A stretch of 64,000 nt of DNA from Lama guanicoe (lineage: Eukaryota), in NCBI GenBank assembly GCA_013239625.1, contig MU054323.1, positions 11,367,815 through 11,431,814 of the forward strand, in the 5' to 3' direction. The notes beneath the pieces are model-generated. The model made no database searches. It was not told the DNA's origin and saw nothing but the letters and a program-made list of their open reading frames with translations. Position 1 is the stretch's first letter; the number at the start of each line of letters is the position of its first letter. Positions 49,787 to 62,985 of the stretch are shown in pieces. The position numbers and the translations under genes are program-made.

Positions 49787-52039
49787 TGCCTACTCTTCCC
49801 TGTCCAAGCCCTCTACCATTTTCCAACATGCATCTTGAAGAGAAGTGATGAAATATCAAAGAAATGAACCAAACTCATTAATAGGAAGGAATATTAAATA
49901 ATCTATTTGACTGACAGAAAAAGTTTTCTTTCCTAGCTTAATAGTTATATTTTTGTATAGCGAAGCCCTAGTAATATGACTTTCTCAATTCAGAATGAAT
50001 GATTTTATAGGACAGGACTGAAATATATCATTATTTCATGTATGTGGAAGGGGGTTGCCAAGCAGAGAACAGTGTGAATGAAACTGCTGGAGGATTGTTT
50101 AACCCATTTCTTACCTTTTAATAGCATCAATTCATATATATTCATTCAGTTACTGGGTTGATTACCAATGATAACAAAAGTCATCCGTTCATTAAAGTAG
50201 GTCCAGTAGGAACTACTATTTGCCAACCTGCTACTAGCAGTTTCCCTTAACAAAATATACTTGAAGCAACAAAAATGCCATTCTTGAAGAAATCTGAACT
50301 GGAAACTAGGTCTTCTTCTTCCCAGTTAATCTAAATTAAAGAGCTCCTGGATTCCCTGCCCTCAGTGTTGAATGGCTATAGAATAAAGGCTTAGTTGAAG
50401 GACTTTTATAATTCAAAATCAGATCCAGCTGACCACTGTATTCTAGCACTGGGATCATAGAGTCTGTATTTCCCTTCAAAACTAATAGTATTTATGACAG
50501 CGTTCACTGGTGGCTAATCTTACCTTCAGGATTTTAGTAGATACATCTCAAAGCTGTTATTATTCAAAAATCATTCTCGACACTTGAAAATCCACTTTTT
50601 GTGAGATGAAACTAAACGACGAGCTAAGTCTAAGACTCCATTAGGAAGAAGAATTTCCTGTTTATGCCGATTTTTGTTTTAATGGTGCCCTGACTTAACC
50701 TTTCTTTGATTCTATACAACCAAATTAAATATTTTAAGGTAATGTTCTAAGTCTCTAAGTCTTAGAACAAATATGGTCAATCACATTTGTTATTTGAAAA
50801 CTAAGATGTATTTTACATTTATAGTAAATCAAGTTTGTTTTGTATGACAAAGTTGGACTAGATGAAAACTTAACAAAGCTGAAATCTATTTTCGATCTCC
50901 AGGACTTCCGTTAGTGTTACTAATTATCAGTCTGCTTGCCTGCCCATCATCGCTTCACCTTTTGATCTTTTTTAACTCTTTGTGCTCATATAAATTAACT
51001 GCCAAGAAATCTAATGTTGTTCCCAGTTATCTAAATTACTTAAGACAAAAATGAAATGAATAAATCTTAAACTTAGAAACTAGTAAGAGGATACCAACAC
51101 TATTAAGAGATACACTGAAACTTCAGTAAAATATCAAATTGATTATATTTTGTCTTTCCAAAGAAACTCATGTTCAAAATACCTTTCCTGTGTTTGGTAA
51201 ACCATTCATTTTAAATATTGGCAGAATGATTTCATTAGATTTTAACATTGCTTTTTAAAAACAGTGTCCCTGGCCAGCTAATCAAGTATTTAAGCATACT
51301 ACTTAAATCTTAGTATGTCTGCAAACTCTGTATGAAAATTCTTTAAAATCTAGCAAAATGGCATATCACCCTAATATTTTATCTGGGATTGATCCTAGTA
51401 TCTGTCAAGTTGGGGAATAATAGAATATTTTTCCTGAAACAGACTTCAAGGAGATACAATCCAGTCCTCTCCTGTTGCACTCAGGTTGGGCTTTTAATCA
51501 GTGGACTGGACAATGATACAAATTTTCAGGTCTCAATAATTAAATTGTTTTGGGTGCTTAATCAGCTGAGTTTTGTCCTCTTTCTCTTGTCTAAGGTATA
51601 AGCAACACAAGACTCCCTGCGTTTCACTGATTTTTTTTTCACTCCCTCTCCCATCACATTTCTGTGACATCATTTTAGAAGACAACTTCCTACGAGTTTC
51701 ATCAGAACATGTAAATCCTAATTCTAAAATTGTCATTCCATGACTCTCCATTTTATTCCTCCCACACACATTTTTCAAAAAAACTCACACAAGAAATGTA
51801 ATATAGGTTTTATATTTTAATGGTTTTTATAGTTTCACACTTGTGTTTTTAGGACCTGGAAACTTAGGGATATGGTAGGTATAAGCCTTATTGTGCTATT
51901 GGATTTTTTTAATCTATGTATGTATGTTATTCTAATAAAAATAAATGAAAAAATTAAAAAATTTATAAACTTGTTCATGCCATAATACATGTTTTTCTCT
52001 GTATTCAAATACAGATTCACCCTGCAGATTCACCTAGTT

Positions 52040-52170
52040 GATTTTTATCCAACATTTCATTATGAAAAATTCAAAACAGAACACAATTCAAAGAAGTTGA
52101 CAGTGAACACCCATATACCCTCCATCTAGATTCTCCCCTGAAAGTTTTATTCTATTAGATCATGTATCTG
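52040..52170 (-). mobile_element. Ancient L1 3' terminal fragment
   Basis: ttattatgaaaaattcaaa-like start and acagtgaacacccatataccctccatctagattc. Confidence 0.55.
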
Positions 52171-52747
52171 TTAGATAATTGATTGTTAGATAATCCCTGA
52201 TTAGAGCTGTTTTGTGAATTCCTCTGTTGACTTGATTTCTTAATTTGCATCAAATTGTATTGCTGTTTCATTTACTAAGATTCTTTTAATAACATGTTGG
52301 GGGATGTCCATACATGTGTTTTCAGAACCAGAGCTCCCAGATGTTTATACCAAAGTGGCTAGTTATTTCTACTGGATTACCTGTCATGTGGGAAGGTCTC
52401 TTATTTCTTAGCACAATGTATAAAATAGTAATTTCCCATCTTTCTACTCTTGCCTCCAGAATTCCATTTTAATTGAAATGAAACAGTACATAATTAATAC
52501 TTCCTTAGGAAAAAAACAATAAAACAAGTATTTGGACACTTTTCAAGGTATTTGCAAGTTTATGCCATACTGGAATCTTGTTATGTAATCTTCAGATATT
52601 TTAATCAAGCATAAAATGAGCATTTTATATATATATTTCTCCCATAAATCATGAACCTAAAGGCTATCACCTTGATTGTGCTAGTTTTCAGAAATGATTG
52701 CCTTTAGATTGTATTGGTTTGTCTTTGACCTTTTCCCCTTCTCTTTT

Positions 52748-53643
52748 TTTTTTTAGGTTTTTTTTTTACATTTTTTATTGATTTATAATCATTTTACAAT
52801 GTTGTGTCAAATTCCAGTGTTCAGCACAATTTTTCAGTCATTCATGGACATATACACACTCATTGTCACATTTTTTTCTCTGTGATTTATCATAACATTT
52901 TGTGTATATTTCCCTGTGCTATACAGTGTAATCTTGTTTATCTGTTCTACAATTTTGAAATCCCAGTCTATCCCTTCCCACCCTCTACCCCCCTGGTAAC
53001 CACAAGTCTGTATTCTCTGTCCATGAGTCTGTTTCTGTCCTGTATTTACGCTTTGTTTTTGTTTGTTTGTTTGTTTGTTTTTTTAGATTCCACATGAGCG
53101 ATCTCATATGGTATTTTTCTTTCTCTTTCTGGCTTACTTCACTTAGAATGACATTCTCTAGGAGCATCCATGTTGCTGCAAATGGCATTATGTTGTCGGT
53201 TTTTATGGCTGAGTAGTATTCCATTGTATAAATATACCACATCTTCTTTATCCAGTCACCTGTTGATGGACATTTAGGCTGTTTCCATGTTTTGGCTATT
53301 GTAAATAGTGCTGCTATGAACATTGGGGTGCAGGTGTCATCCTGAAGTAGATTTCCTTCTGGATACAAGCCCAGGAGTGGGATTCCTGGGTCATATGGTA
53401 AGTCTATTCCTAGTCTTTTGAGGAATCTCCACACTGTTTTCCATAGTGGCTGCACCAAACTGCATTCCCACCAGCAGTGTAGGAGGGTTCCCCTTTCTCC
53501 ACAGCCTCTCCAGCATTTGTCATTTGTGGATTTTTGAATGACGGCCATTCTGACTGGTGTGAGGTGATACCTCATTATAGTTTTGATTTGCATTTCTCTG
53601 ATAATTAGTGATATTGAACATTTTTTCATGTGCTTTTTGATCA
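52748..53643 (-). mobile_element. Young 5'-truncated lineage-specific L1 with poly(A) tail and TSD
   Basis: Stop-free ORF2 C-terminus including the cysteine-rich [19 protein letters not shown] motif (track ORF 52985..53644). T-rich tail at 52744-52768. 15-bp TSD ttccccttctctttt (52733-52747) / ttccccctctctttt (53644-53658). Confidence 0.96.
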
Positions 53644-54519
53644 TTCCCCCTCTCTTTTATGTTCTTTAAAGATCAGTTTTAATCAGAGCCTTTTTGTGAA
53701 TAAGAAGCTTATTATGTATCTTTTGATTCCCTGAAACTTAAAGAGAATTACTTTTCATTGTGTTGTCTGGTATACACCCATTTCTTAGCACTGAATTTCT
53801 CCCATCTTGTGTCTCTTTCCTTTCTAGGTACTGCTCTGTAATACATTATTTCTGGTGTACAGCAAGCCCTCCTGACCTTCTTCCTCCTTGCCTGGTTTCA
53901 CACCCCCCGTCTTTCTCTTAGGCCCCACTCTCTTCCTGATTTTTGTAGTACACCCAGAAGTTTTCTTCTCTTAACTTTCCGTCATTCATTCTAATCACTA
54001 ATTTATTGAGTGCAGTTACGTGCCACCACTAACTTGAGCTATATCTGCACCTCCACCTTATCTTTATTCTGCAAAAGATGGATTCTCAGTGCCTTCTGAA
54101 CACATTATGCTCGTTCTCAACTGGAACATTTGCCCTTGTCTGCAGTGCCATTCCCACCCATCCTCCCTGTTCCATTCTTAACCAGCATCCATCAAGACTC
54201 AGCTACTCTGAGCTTTTGCTGACCTTAATAGGTACATTTAAAAATAGTATGTCAGAAAGTTTTGTTTATATCAAGGTGATATTTATACTTAGTTTTCAGA
54301 TAATAGGTCTGCATAGTTTTCCAGGAGAGAGCCTGAAATTAGGGATTCTAAGTTCGAATATGGTATGCTATCACTTTTCAAATATTTTTACTACATGCCA
54401 AGAACTGTTACAGTATTTCTGGGTGATTTTTCAACACTAAAGTTGCTCTGTAGCTGAAGACAATTATTGAAGTGGTAAAAGAACCAAAGTAGAACACTAA
54501 CTTTACTTCAGTATATTAT

Positions 54520-54590
54520 TTCTTTTGGTTAAAGACCAGTAAGACCAAGATTGTGGGTTTAATCCCATGTGGGTCAGTTAACTTCCCACT
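54520..54590 (+). mobile_element. Decayed tRNA-Ile-like SINE head (MamSINE1-like)
   Basis: ttggttaaagacc…taagaccaagattgtgggtttaatcccatgtgggtcagttaacttc resembles TTGGTTAGAGC…GCCAAGGTCGCGGGTTCGATCCCCGTACGGGCCA. Confidence 0.45.
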
Positions 54591-56154
54591 AACAAATACT
54601 TTCCAGTATTCACATGAGTATGACTAGTTTAGCACAGACCCATTTATCATGGTCAGTGGTGCAAGCTTCATAGCCAAGGGTTAGCACATACAGAAAATAA
54701 TACATTTTAATGACAGCATTTAAGTTATTTGGCAAGGTTTCTGTTGTTGTTGCTTTTTTAAAATGCAGTGCCAGAGGGACATACCAACAAGTGATATAAA
54801 TGTTGCATGTAACTTCTTTGTAAATAGTATAATTCAATATCATGTAAATATAAACTGCAAAAATGCAGAAGAAAGGAAGGAGCATTAGGTGGGGAACAAG
54901 ACAGATTCGGGGCCAACTCCAACAGTAGGCTGTTAGGGTGAATATAGTGGATGGTGGGAAAGAGACAGTGTGTTAGGTGGGGGGACTGGTTGATTGTTAT
55001 CCACCCAGCTTCTGTCTCAAAAGGGTTTCCAGTGCTCGGCTACAGTAAGTAGTTAGATTTAATGAAACAGACAAATGGAAAACCTGTAGTATTTTTACCA
55101 GGAAATAATGGGCTGATAAGTGTGTGTGCAAGACTACCCTCGCAGCTGTGTTAATGGCACAGCAGAGCGGACTGCTGAGCTTGTGAAACCATGAACACTT
55201 GTTGCTATGGTGAATCCTACTGGATCTCACTAGCTGCTTGGAAAATGCTCCTCAGAAGAGTGTGCAGTCCATTCATTCTGTACTAGACAACTAGGTCCAA
55301 AGTACTTCATCCCCAAGAGTTAAAGAGAACCTTGAGAACTTCTTTCATGAAACCAGCCTTTGGCAAAATGACTAAAGAGGTGAGGCTGGTGTCAGAGGTC
55401 ACCTCCTGCCCTTTGTGTACTCCCATCCTGGGCTGAGATCTACTCTTTGGCCAACTTAGGCTTCTACCTGGACACACATGCACTGGGGACTCTTCTCAAC
55501 TCTGGACTTGTCCAAAATTATTAGTTCTGTGTCTAATTTCTTTAAGAGCTAATCAGTTGTTTCTCCTGAATCCCTGTTTTTTTTCTTCCTTTCTACGTAT
55601 TATGCACATTCAATACAGAAAGCTTTTATTTTAATTCTCTGAAATTGAGGAGTGATTCTAATGGCGGAAAGTTCAAGCACCATGGCCGTCTACTCTGGAG
55701 GCTGTGTCAACACAGTGATGCTCGAGTGGTGTTCTTTCAGTCCCCCTAACTCAGTGTAAGGTCGGCTCCCATTTCCCATTGCTTGTCTTTAGAGGTTGAT
55801 CATGTGTAAATTTAGAGAAAGGTGAGACCTCTAGAAATGGAGACGGTACAACTTTCTTTCAGAGAAAGTAAAACATAGGAACTGAGAGCATTTCAATTAA
55901 GAAAGAACTGAGCTAGTTACACAAGGTAACTGTGTGACTTTGGTAATTTATTTGACATTTCATTGGTGAACGATGATAATAAAGCTTTACTTAACACTTA
56001 CTGTGGTGCTTCAGTGAAATGAAATATATGTAAGAAGTTTAGCACTAAAATATAATGCAAAACATCTGAGAAACAAAATACTTAAGAAATAGTATCTGAC
56101 ACAGTAAATACTCAAAAAATCATTTCCTGAAAGTTGTAGTCTTTGGCACAAAGA

Positions 56155-57270
56155 ATAAATCATCAAAGAAATTATTCAAGAAATGATCCCAGAATTTTTT
56201 AAGACACATGAATGTCTAGATGGGGGAAGCCCAGTAAGTAAACAAGATAATGAAAATACCTACCACAAATCATAACCATTACTGAATTTCAGAACACTAG
56301 CAACAAAACAACGGTCCTAAAAGCTTCTACAGAAGAGAAATAAAAAGGTCAAAAATCAGAATAGCATCACATTGCCCAAAGCAACCCTGGCAGAAAAAGT
56401 AGAGAAAGTTCTTGAAGTTTTGAAGGAAAATGGTTTCTGAGAATTCTGAATATAGCTGAATTCTCCATCAAGTGTGAGGACAGACTAGGCATTGTCAAAC
56501 ATTCAAGATCTCAAAATTTACCTCTCAGGCACCTTTCTTATGGTGCTACTGGTGGGTGAATTCTAACAAAAAAAAAAAAAAGAAGAAAACCAAAGAAGCT
56601 ATAGATAGAATATTCTGGAAACAAGGAAAACAACCTAAGAAGGGAATCTCCAGGATGATGACGAAGGAAGATCCAGGATAGTAGCTACAGCAAGTCTCGA
56701 AGACTGTAGTTTTGATCAGAGCAGGAGCATGGAGGGTTCCAGGAGGAACGTCTCCAAGAAGATGAAACTGATAGATTGGTGTGTGTGAATGTACAGGAAG
56801 GAGATTTGCACTTCCAGCTGAGTTTGGGGAGGAACTAGTGGCAGGTCTCTAGAAAATTAAGCAGAGAGAAAAGTGAGGCCATTATTAATCAACTCCAAGG
56901 AAAATGATTTGTAGCACAAGAAAGAAATATAATAGCCACTACACAACTTCACTGTGAATATCTACCTTGGTTTTTAATGTAAACACTAAATATTAACCTT
57001 ATCAAGATTCTGGCAGAACTATATTGGGACCATGGAGGAAGGGAGGAATGGGGAGAAATGCTACAAGTGCAAAACCCTCATTTTTAATAATAGGAAGTTG
57101 ATAGCTATCAGGGAAAATGTAAAAAAATTAGAAAGTGTCAGTGTCAGCATTTTTTGTACCTATATGGAGGTAAACATGAGAATAAACAGCTCAAAATATT
57201 GGAAATGATTATCTTTGGGGAGTGGCATTCCACATTACGGAGGAATTGGGCAGCAGTTGCTTTTTGTATA
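56155..57270 (+). mobile_element. HAL1 (half-L1) remnant
   Basis: ORF1-like blocks (tcaaagaaattattcaagaaa; atttcagaacactag; ctaaaagcttc; atcaagtgtgagg) followed by the HAL1-type block gggaatctccaggatgatgacgaaggaagatccaggat…tggagggttccaggagg. Confidence 0.75.
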
Positions 57271-57294
57271 GATCAGGAGCCATGATAATTATTA

Positions 57295-57530
57295 ATGTTC
57301 ATCAGTACGGTTCTCCTCTCATTTCTGGGCAAACAGAAATGTATGTGTCCAGGCACCCCTCCCGCTAGTCAGGGCCTTAAGACACTTTCTGGCCCAGATG
57401 TGTGTCATTTCTGCACTACAGATTATGACCTTTCTGCTCCTTCCCATGTCTCAGCAAACTTCAAGGGACAAGGACAAACTGAAATGCATCAGTAGTGTGG
57501 AAATCTTTCCTGTGTTCTTTACAGCTGTGA
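57295..57530 (+). mobile_element. Old MaLR LTR fragment (MLT1G/H-like)
   Basis: ttctcctctcatttctgggcaaacag…ttctggcccagatgtgtgtcatttctg. Confidence 0.45.
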
Positions 57531-57560
57531 CTTCTCAGCTTAGAGAAGAGAAGACTAAGA

Positions 57561-57851
57561 GAAGATTTTGCAAACTCTTTTGGAGAGGGCCAGATAGAAA
57601 ATATTCTGGGCCTCGCAAGCCATATGGTTCCTTTCGCAACTACTTAACTGCTGTTGTGGTGCAAATGAACAAGGGTCTGTGTTCCAGTAAAACCTGATTT
57701 ATGGACACTGAAATTTGAATTTCATATGCCTTTCACATGCCTTAAAATACGTTCAAAATTTTTTCCCAATCATTTAAAGATGGAAAAACCATCCTTAGCT
57801 CACAAACTGTACAAACATAGGTAGAAATGGCCCGTAGTTGGCTGACCCCTG
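57561..57851 (+). mobile_element. hAT-Charlie non-autonomous element (MER58B-like)
   Basis: gcaaactcttttggagagggccagatagaaaatatt…gttccagtaaaacctgatttatggacactgaaatttgaatttcata…gttggctgacccctg, followed by ctctaaat. Shares blocks with the copy at 14329-14620. Confidence 0.85.
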
Positions 57852-57954
57852 CTCTAAATATTCTAAGAATTGTTGCACACAAAAGCTAATAGTATCATAC
57901 TGTTTGTTTTTAGAGGACAAAACTAAAACTAAAGACTGGGAGACCCCAGGGGAT

Positions 57955-58090
57955 CAATTTCAGCCTCAAATTTCCTCACATAATGAGAGCATTTCTACAA
58001 ATCAGAGCTGCCTGCAATGAAAAAGTCTGCCTCAAGGTATCCCTGTGCTTGAAATGTTCACACTGGGGTGGGAGGGTGCCCTCGGTGACC
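57955..58090 (+). mobile_element. CR1/L3 3' fragment
   Basis: gcatttctacaaatcagagctgcctgcaatgaaaaagtctgcctc…ccctgtgcttgaaatgttca. Confidence 0.55.
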
Positions 58091-59199
58091 ACTCAGCCCC
58101 TTTCATTTTTACATTTCATGGTCCTGTAACACAATTAAGATGGATCATTCTGATAAAGCTGTTTTAATGTTTTCCAAAGTACAGTCACTTCCCACAGGTT
58201 TGAGGACAGTGCTTAGAAGAAGTTAGACCAGAGTGTGTGCGTGGGGAGGATGGGGGTAAGAAGCCTTAAGTATTTTAAATTGAGCATTTGTGGTGCCAAG
58301 GTTTGCAGAGTCTACTTGCTAGCCTAAACATGTTTGCACACAGCAGTATTTTCTAATTTAAATTCAATCATAATCTCCAAACAGCCCTAGCCTAGAATAG
58401 CTAAAGGTATAAACTTCATTTTCATCTCATTAGGCCACCTGGAAGCTGCAATCAGTGAGTAGTCTTGACGTCAGTAGTCTGTTTGCTTCATTAAAATGTT
58501 AATTTCATGGCTTTAATTCTCTTTGTGAAATTTACCACTGCAGGACACTATATGCAGATTTATTCTAAAGCAGACCGATTTGCATGTCTTATTTTAGTAT
58601 ATTTATTTCTCCAGATTTCTTTGTGTATTGCTATTCTTAGGAATTGCTTTCCTGTTTAAAAAGTGTTTCAGTATCTAAAATATTTAGATATTTAAGGCAA
58701 TTTCAGCCTATTCAACCTACCAACATTAATTTTTAAATAATTCTGAAAGCTGTTTTCATCAGTAACATAAATCCCACTTCCTAGAGTGAAATGTACATCC
58801 CTTTTAATCTCCATCTGTAAAGAAAGATTCAGTAACAGTTTCAGTGAACAATCAGAATGAATCTAGATATTGCCAGGTAGAAAAATGGATGCAAAATCTT
58901 TTGTCTTATGAGCTCGTCTATATTATCTTTTATGTTTTGAAAGTGCCAATTTAAATACCAAGTTTACATGTTTACCCCTCCAAATGTTGAGTTCTGATTT
59001 CCCACAAGAGAAAGTTAATCAAGGGATAACCAAGGAGCTCCTGCTGCATTGACAAAACTAAGGATCTCCCTCCCAGTCAGAGCCCCAGGAGTGAGCAGAA
59101 TGATTGCACTACAGACATGCACACAACAGTGCTTTAGGGCTGAGACCCCTGTGGGTGTCTTGGACTCTCCCTTACACACATGTTCGGGTACCTTTACAT

Positions 59200-59585
59200 C
59201 TTGCTGATTTTCCTCACAACTGTCTTCTCCTTTTAGGTCTCCTTTGCTGGCATCCTTTCCTTTCCTGGTCTCCAATGGAAAGACTGTTCCGCAAAGTTCT
59301 GTCCTTTACTGTCAGCTTTTCTCTCATTATAGTCTCTGCCTTAGAATAACCTCCATGCTGGGACTGCTACTATCATCTGTTTGCTAATGATTCCCAAATT
59401 TATGCTTCTGACTAACCTGTCTCCTGAGGTCTGACCTGTGTCTCCAGTAAGTGGAGACATTTTATTTAGATATGTGTCTATCACTTCAAATATAATATGC
59501 CTAATACCTAGTTTCTTCTCAACTTCTCCATTTCTATTCATCAGTGCCACCATTTTTACATACTTTTCAAGCTAGAAATGTTCTA
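59200..59585 (+). mobile_element. L2 fragment
   Basis: tatcatctgtttgctaatgattcccaaatttatgcttctgactaacctgtctcctgag…cacttcaaatataatatgcctaa. Confidence 0.7.
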
Positions 59586-60733
59586 GGAGGTGGCTCACAA
59601 AGATTTAATGTAGAAAACTTAAAAATAGTTCATCTATTCCTTTTGATGAATGCTCAAAATTTATCTTGTTGTAGGCCAATTGAATAGAGTTAAGTTCTTT
59701 TCAGCTCAAGCATACCCCTAAGAGTCTCTTCCCATTAATAATGACCCAGTGAAGTTATAGTTCTACCTCCGTCATGTGCCCTCAACTTCCACCACGGCCA
59801 GCGTGCAGAGGTGTGTTACTCCTCTTTAGGCATGGAGGATGGGGGATTAATTTGATCAAAAGCTTCCAAGTCATTTGAAGTTTTTATCAAAATGAACATA
59901 ATTCCCAGAGGGTCCTGAAATTACTCTGTTCTCAAGCTTCATAAGATGAAAGGTAGCTCAGGTCATCACCCCAGCAAGTGGCATTTAAGCTCTTTGAAAT
60001 AGTTCAGCAAGTGGCATTCCACTCTGTGTTTCTTAGATGAGAAGCTCGTGCAACTCTTTTCTCAGCTACATGACTGAAGATTAAATACAACTAGGCTTAT
60101 AATTCAGATCCAATAAGAAAAGCAAGCACCCAATTTTCTGGCCATTCTGATGTCATCACTGATTGTCTCAAGTGACTGGAACATTTAAGTCATGGGTCTA
60201 AAACCACATAAGTTTAAAGTCACTGTTTTAAGACATAATTTAAAATCTCTTATGGCTATTTTAATGAAAATGACTGTTAACAAGGCCAAGACACTTTTAT
60301 TAAGCCAGTTGTGACAGTTGTCACTCAGCAGATTTGTATTGAATGTCTGTAGTGAGACAGCATTGAACTAAGTGCTGTGTGACATACAGAGACATCGTAA
60401 CACTCAAACATTTCTCTTGAGGAACCTGTACAATCGGGTAAAATTCTGACTGAGCTGGTGAGTTTTAAAAAACAACTTTAAAAACTATGAGATTAAAACC
60501 TTTCTGCTTCCATATGATTGAATGATGAATTCCTAAGGTCAGTGACAATTCTGGGGAGTCTCAAGCATTAGTTCTTATTTAGGTATGATTCTATGACTAC
60601 TTTTAAGCCATTCTAGATACCTAGTAGGTTCAAGAATGATGTCTTCCCGGAGGACACCCCTCAGAGGAGGTACAGCTTACTTTGACTTTAAAACTGACTT
60701 TGACGTTGGAACTTAAGGCAGGATACCCCTGAT

Positions 60734-60766
60734 ACACACATGCACACACACACACAAACACACATA
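60734..60766. repeat. Imperfect (CA)n microsatellite
   Basis: acacacatgcacacacacacacaaacacacata. Confidence 0.8.
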
Positions 60767-61859
60767 CGCAGCTAAGTGAGCTCTTAACAAGCTGCAGCTG
60801 CAGCAGTATATGAGCCAGCCTCAGAATGACTGAACTGTTTTCTAAGACACTGGAATGTAAGTTTAAATGTGCAAGCTAGTGTTTCTAAGTGAGTCTTATT
60901 GAATACATTTTGCTATCAAGTCTGCCTTTCCTAACGTCCTCAGTGTGGCCAGTATTTTGGTAAATATGCTTATGGTTAAGAAAAGTGGAGGCCTAGAGAG
61001 AGCCTTGAGAGTCCAGTCAGAGAGACCACAAGCCGAACTGTAACTCTAGCTGGCACAGTATTTCTGTTTCTTTGGAGAGAAAAGGAAATGTTGCCCCAAG
61101 ACTCACTGATGGATTTTCATGAGAATGATGGATAGTAGCACCACGAGAGATAGAACTATAGACAGAGATAAATGAACCACAAGAGAATATTCATTTATAT
61201 GGCCATACTACTCACTTAGAAACCTTTAGTTTCCTCTGTCAGGCTGGATATAAAAGATACTTTACTAAAAAGAGGTTTAGTCAGATTAAGTAGCAAATTT
61301 ATTCCAAGCAATATACATTCACTGGAATAAAAGATAACCTAGTTCACTCTAGGCATGTGATGGACCACGTTATTTCTCACTTTATTACAGGTCAGTGAAG
61401 AAGCCATTTAAAAATTCACATGTGAACCCCAAATTCTTTCAAATAGAATTAGGTATTCACAATCATACCTAGAAGAGTAATGGAAAACTTTTCCATTTCA
61501 GAAACACATGGGAGAAAATATACCATAGCTCAGTCCTTTTCCATTGGACACATTCTCAATTAGAACAGTGTGTTTCTTCTGCTGTGGGTAAATGTTGATT
61601 AATTGGTGTTTTGTTTGTAATATGTTTCAGAAATGGAAAGAATTTCAGTTATATTTGCAATGTAATAAAATTAAGATATTTAAGTTTGTCTAAAAGGCTT
61701 TTGCTGCCAAACTTAACATTTTGAGAGACTTTTAAAAAGATAATGTAAAGACCAATTATATTCTGCCAGGTTTTAACTTTTAAAAATTGTCCTTGAGCAC
61801 ACCAAAGTACAGTTTTGAGGCCTGTACTCCAGTCCTTTCATGCAATGAAAAGAGCTAAC

Positions 61860-61985
61860 TAAAGCTGGGAGGCAGGAAACCTGGCTTCTAAATTTAGTCC
61901 TTCTATTAAGCCAACTCTAAGTCTCTCTGAAAAATTACTTAATCTCTCTGATCTTCAGTTTACCAAACTGAAATGAGAAAATTCT
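61860..61985 (+). mobile_element. MIR fragment
   Basis: ctgggaggcaggaaacctggcttcta…aaattacttaatctctctgatcttcagttt. Confidence 0.65.
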
Positions 61986-62019
61986 GAACTGTCTCCTTTA
62001 TTAAATTCTCGACCCTGAC

Positions 62020-62200
62020 CTCAGGGCTTTAGAATCAGAGTGATGTAGGTTAAAATCATCGCCTTGTCTCTTACTACCTTTGAACCTTGTACAAATAACT
62101 CAGCCTGAGTCTCAATACCCACTGCATGGGGTTATTGTGAGTACTGAATAAAAATAAAATAGTATGAGAAAGTACATAGCATACTGTTTAGCATTTAGTT
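62020..62200 (+). mobile_element. MIR fragment
   Basis: gggctttagaatcagag…cttactacctttgaaccttgtacaaataactcagcctgagtctca…ggggttattgtgagtactgaat. Confidence 0.65.
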
Positions 62201-62559
62201 TGTGTCTTTTTTTTTCCTGCTTAGTCTTCATAGTACAGAAGGCACCATTTCTCTAACAGGCATTTGTATGAGTAGTAATATCCAAAGCAATGTGGATAAT
62301 ATAATGAGACATGTAGCCTGCCTTTGAGGAGTATATAATCTAATCTAAAAAATAAGATTTGGACAAAAACACTTAGTATAATCTAGAAAAATGGCAAGTA
62401 CTTTAAGAAAAGTTCACATAAAGAGCTATGGGGCTTAGAAAAAGAAGACAATGTATACATTATCAAATCCCAGAGTTAGATAACCAAGAGAAAACAAAAC
62501 ATAACCTTTGAATGTTATGAGACATTATAATCATTAACCCAAACCATGGTGAGTACATA

Positions 62560-62985
62560 GGAAGTGAATGTTGCCCATCCACTTTGCATCAACTTGTATT
62601 AAAAATACAGTGGACACTGATATGATTCACTGAGAAGGGCAGGACATCATCACTGCTGAAGTACCCACGCCAGGTATGCATAACTTTTGTTTACTCATGA
62701 GGAAACATCAGACACACCAAACTGAAAGACTTTCCAGAAAATAACCATCAACACTGGTTCATGGATTATAACAATTAGCAATATTTGAATAAAATTTGAT
62801 CAGTAGATAACAGCTAATAGTAAAGTATCAGTGTTAATCTCCTGTTTTTATTTACTTGTACTATGGAGGTATAAGACGTTAACATTTGGGGAACGTGGGT
62901 AAAGTTTACTGGAAGTCATTTTAGTACTTTGCAACATTTTTTATAAACTTGAAATCAATTCAAAGTAAAAATTTTTTTAAATAAA
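62560..62985 (+). mobile_element. L1MC-like 3'UTR end
   Basis: ctgatatgattcactgagaagggcaggacatca…atgaggaaacatcagacacaccaaactga…gtatcagtgttaatctcctg…gacgttaacatttggggaa…tactttgcaac. Confidence 0.75.

Noticed and set aside
52985..53644. 219-aa ORF, the longest in the window, as a novel gene
   Set aside because: It is the C-terminus of L1 ORF2 in a 5'-truncated, promoterless copy.
58672..58690. Inverted repeat tatctaaa/tttagata (also gaagagca/tgctcttc at 34078-34106)
   Set aside because: 8-bp stems are expected by chance in 64 kb and have no supporting context.
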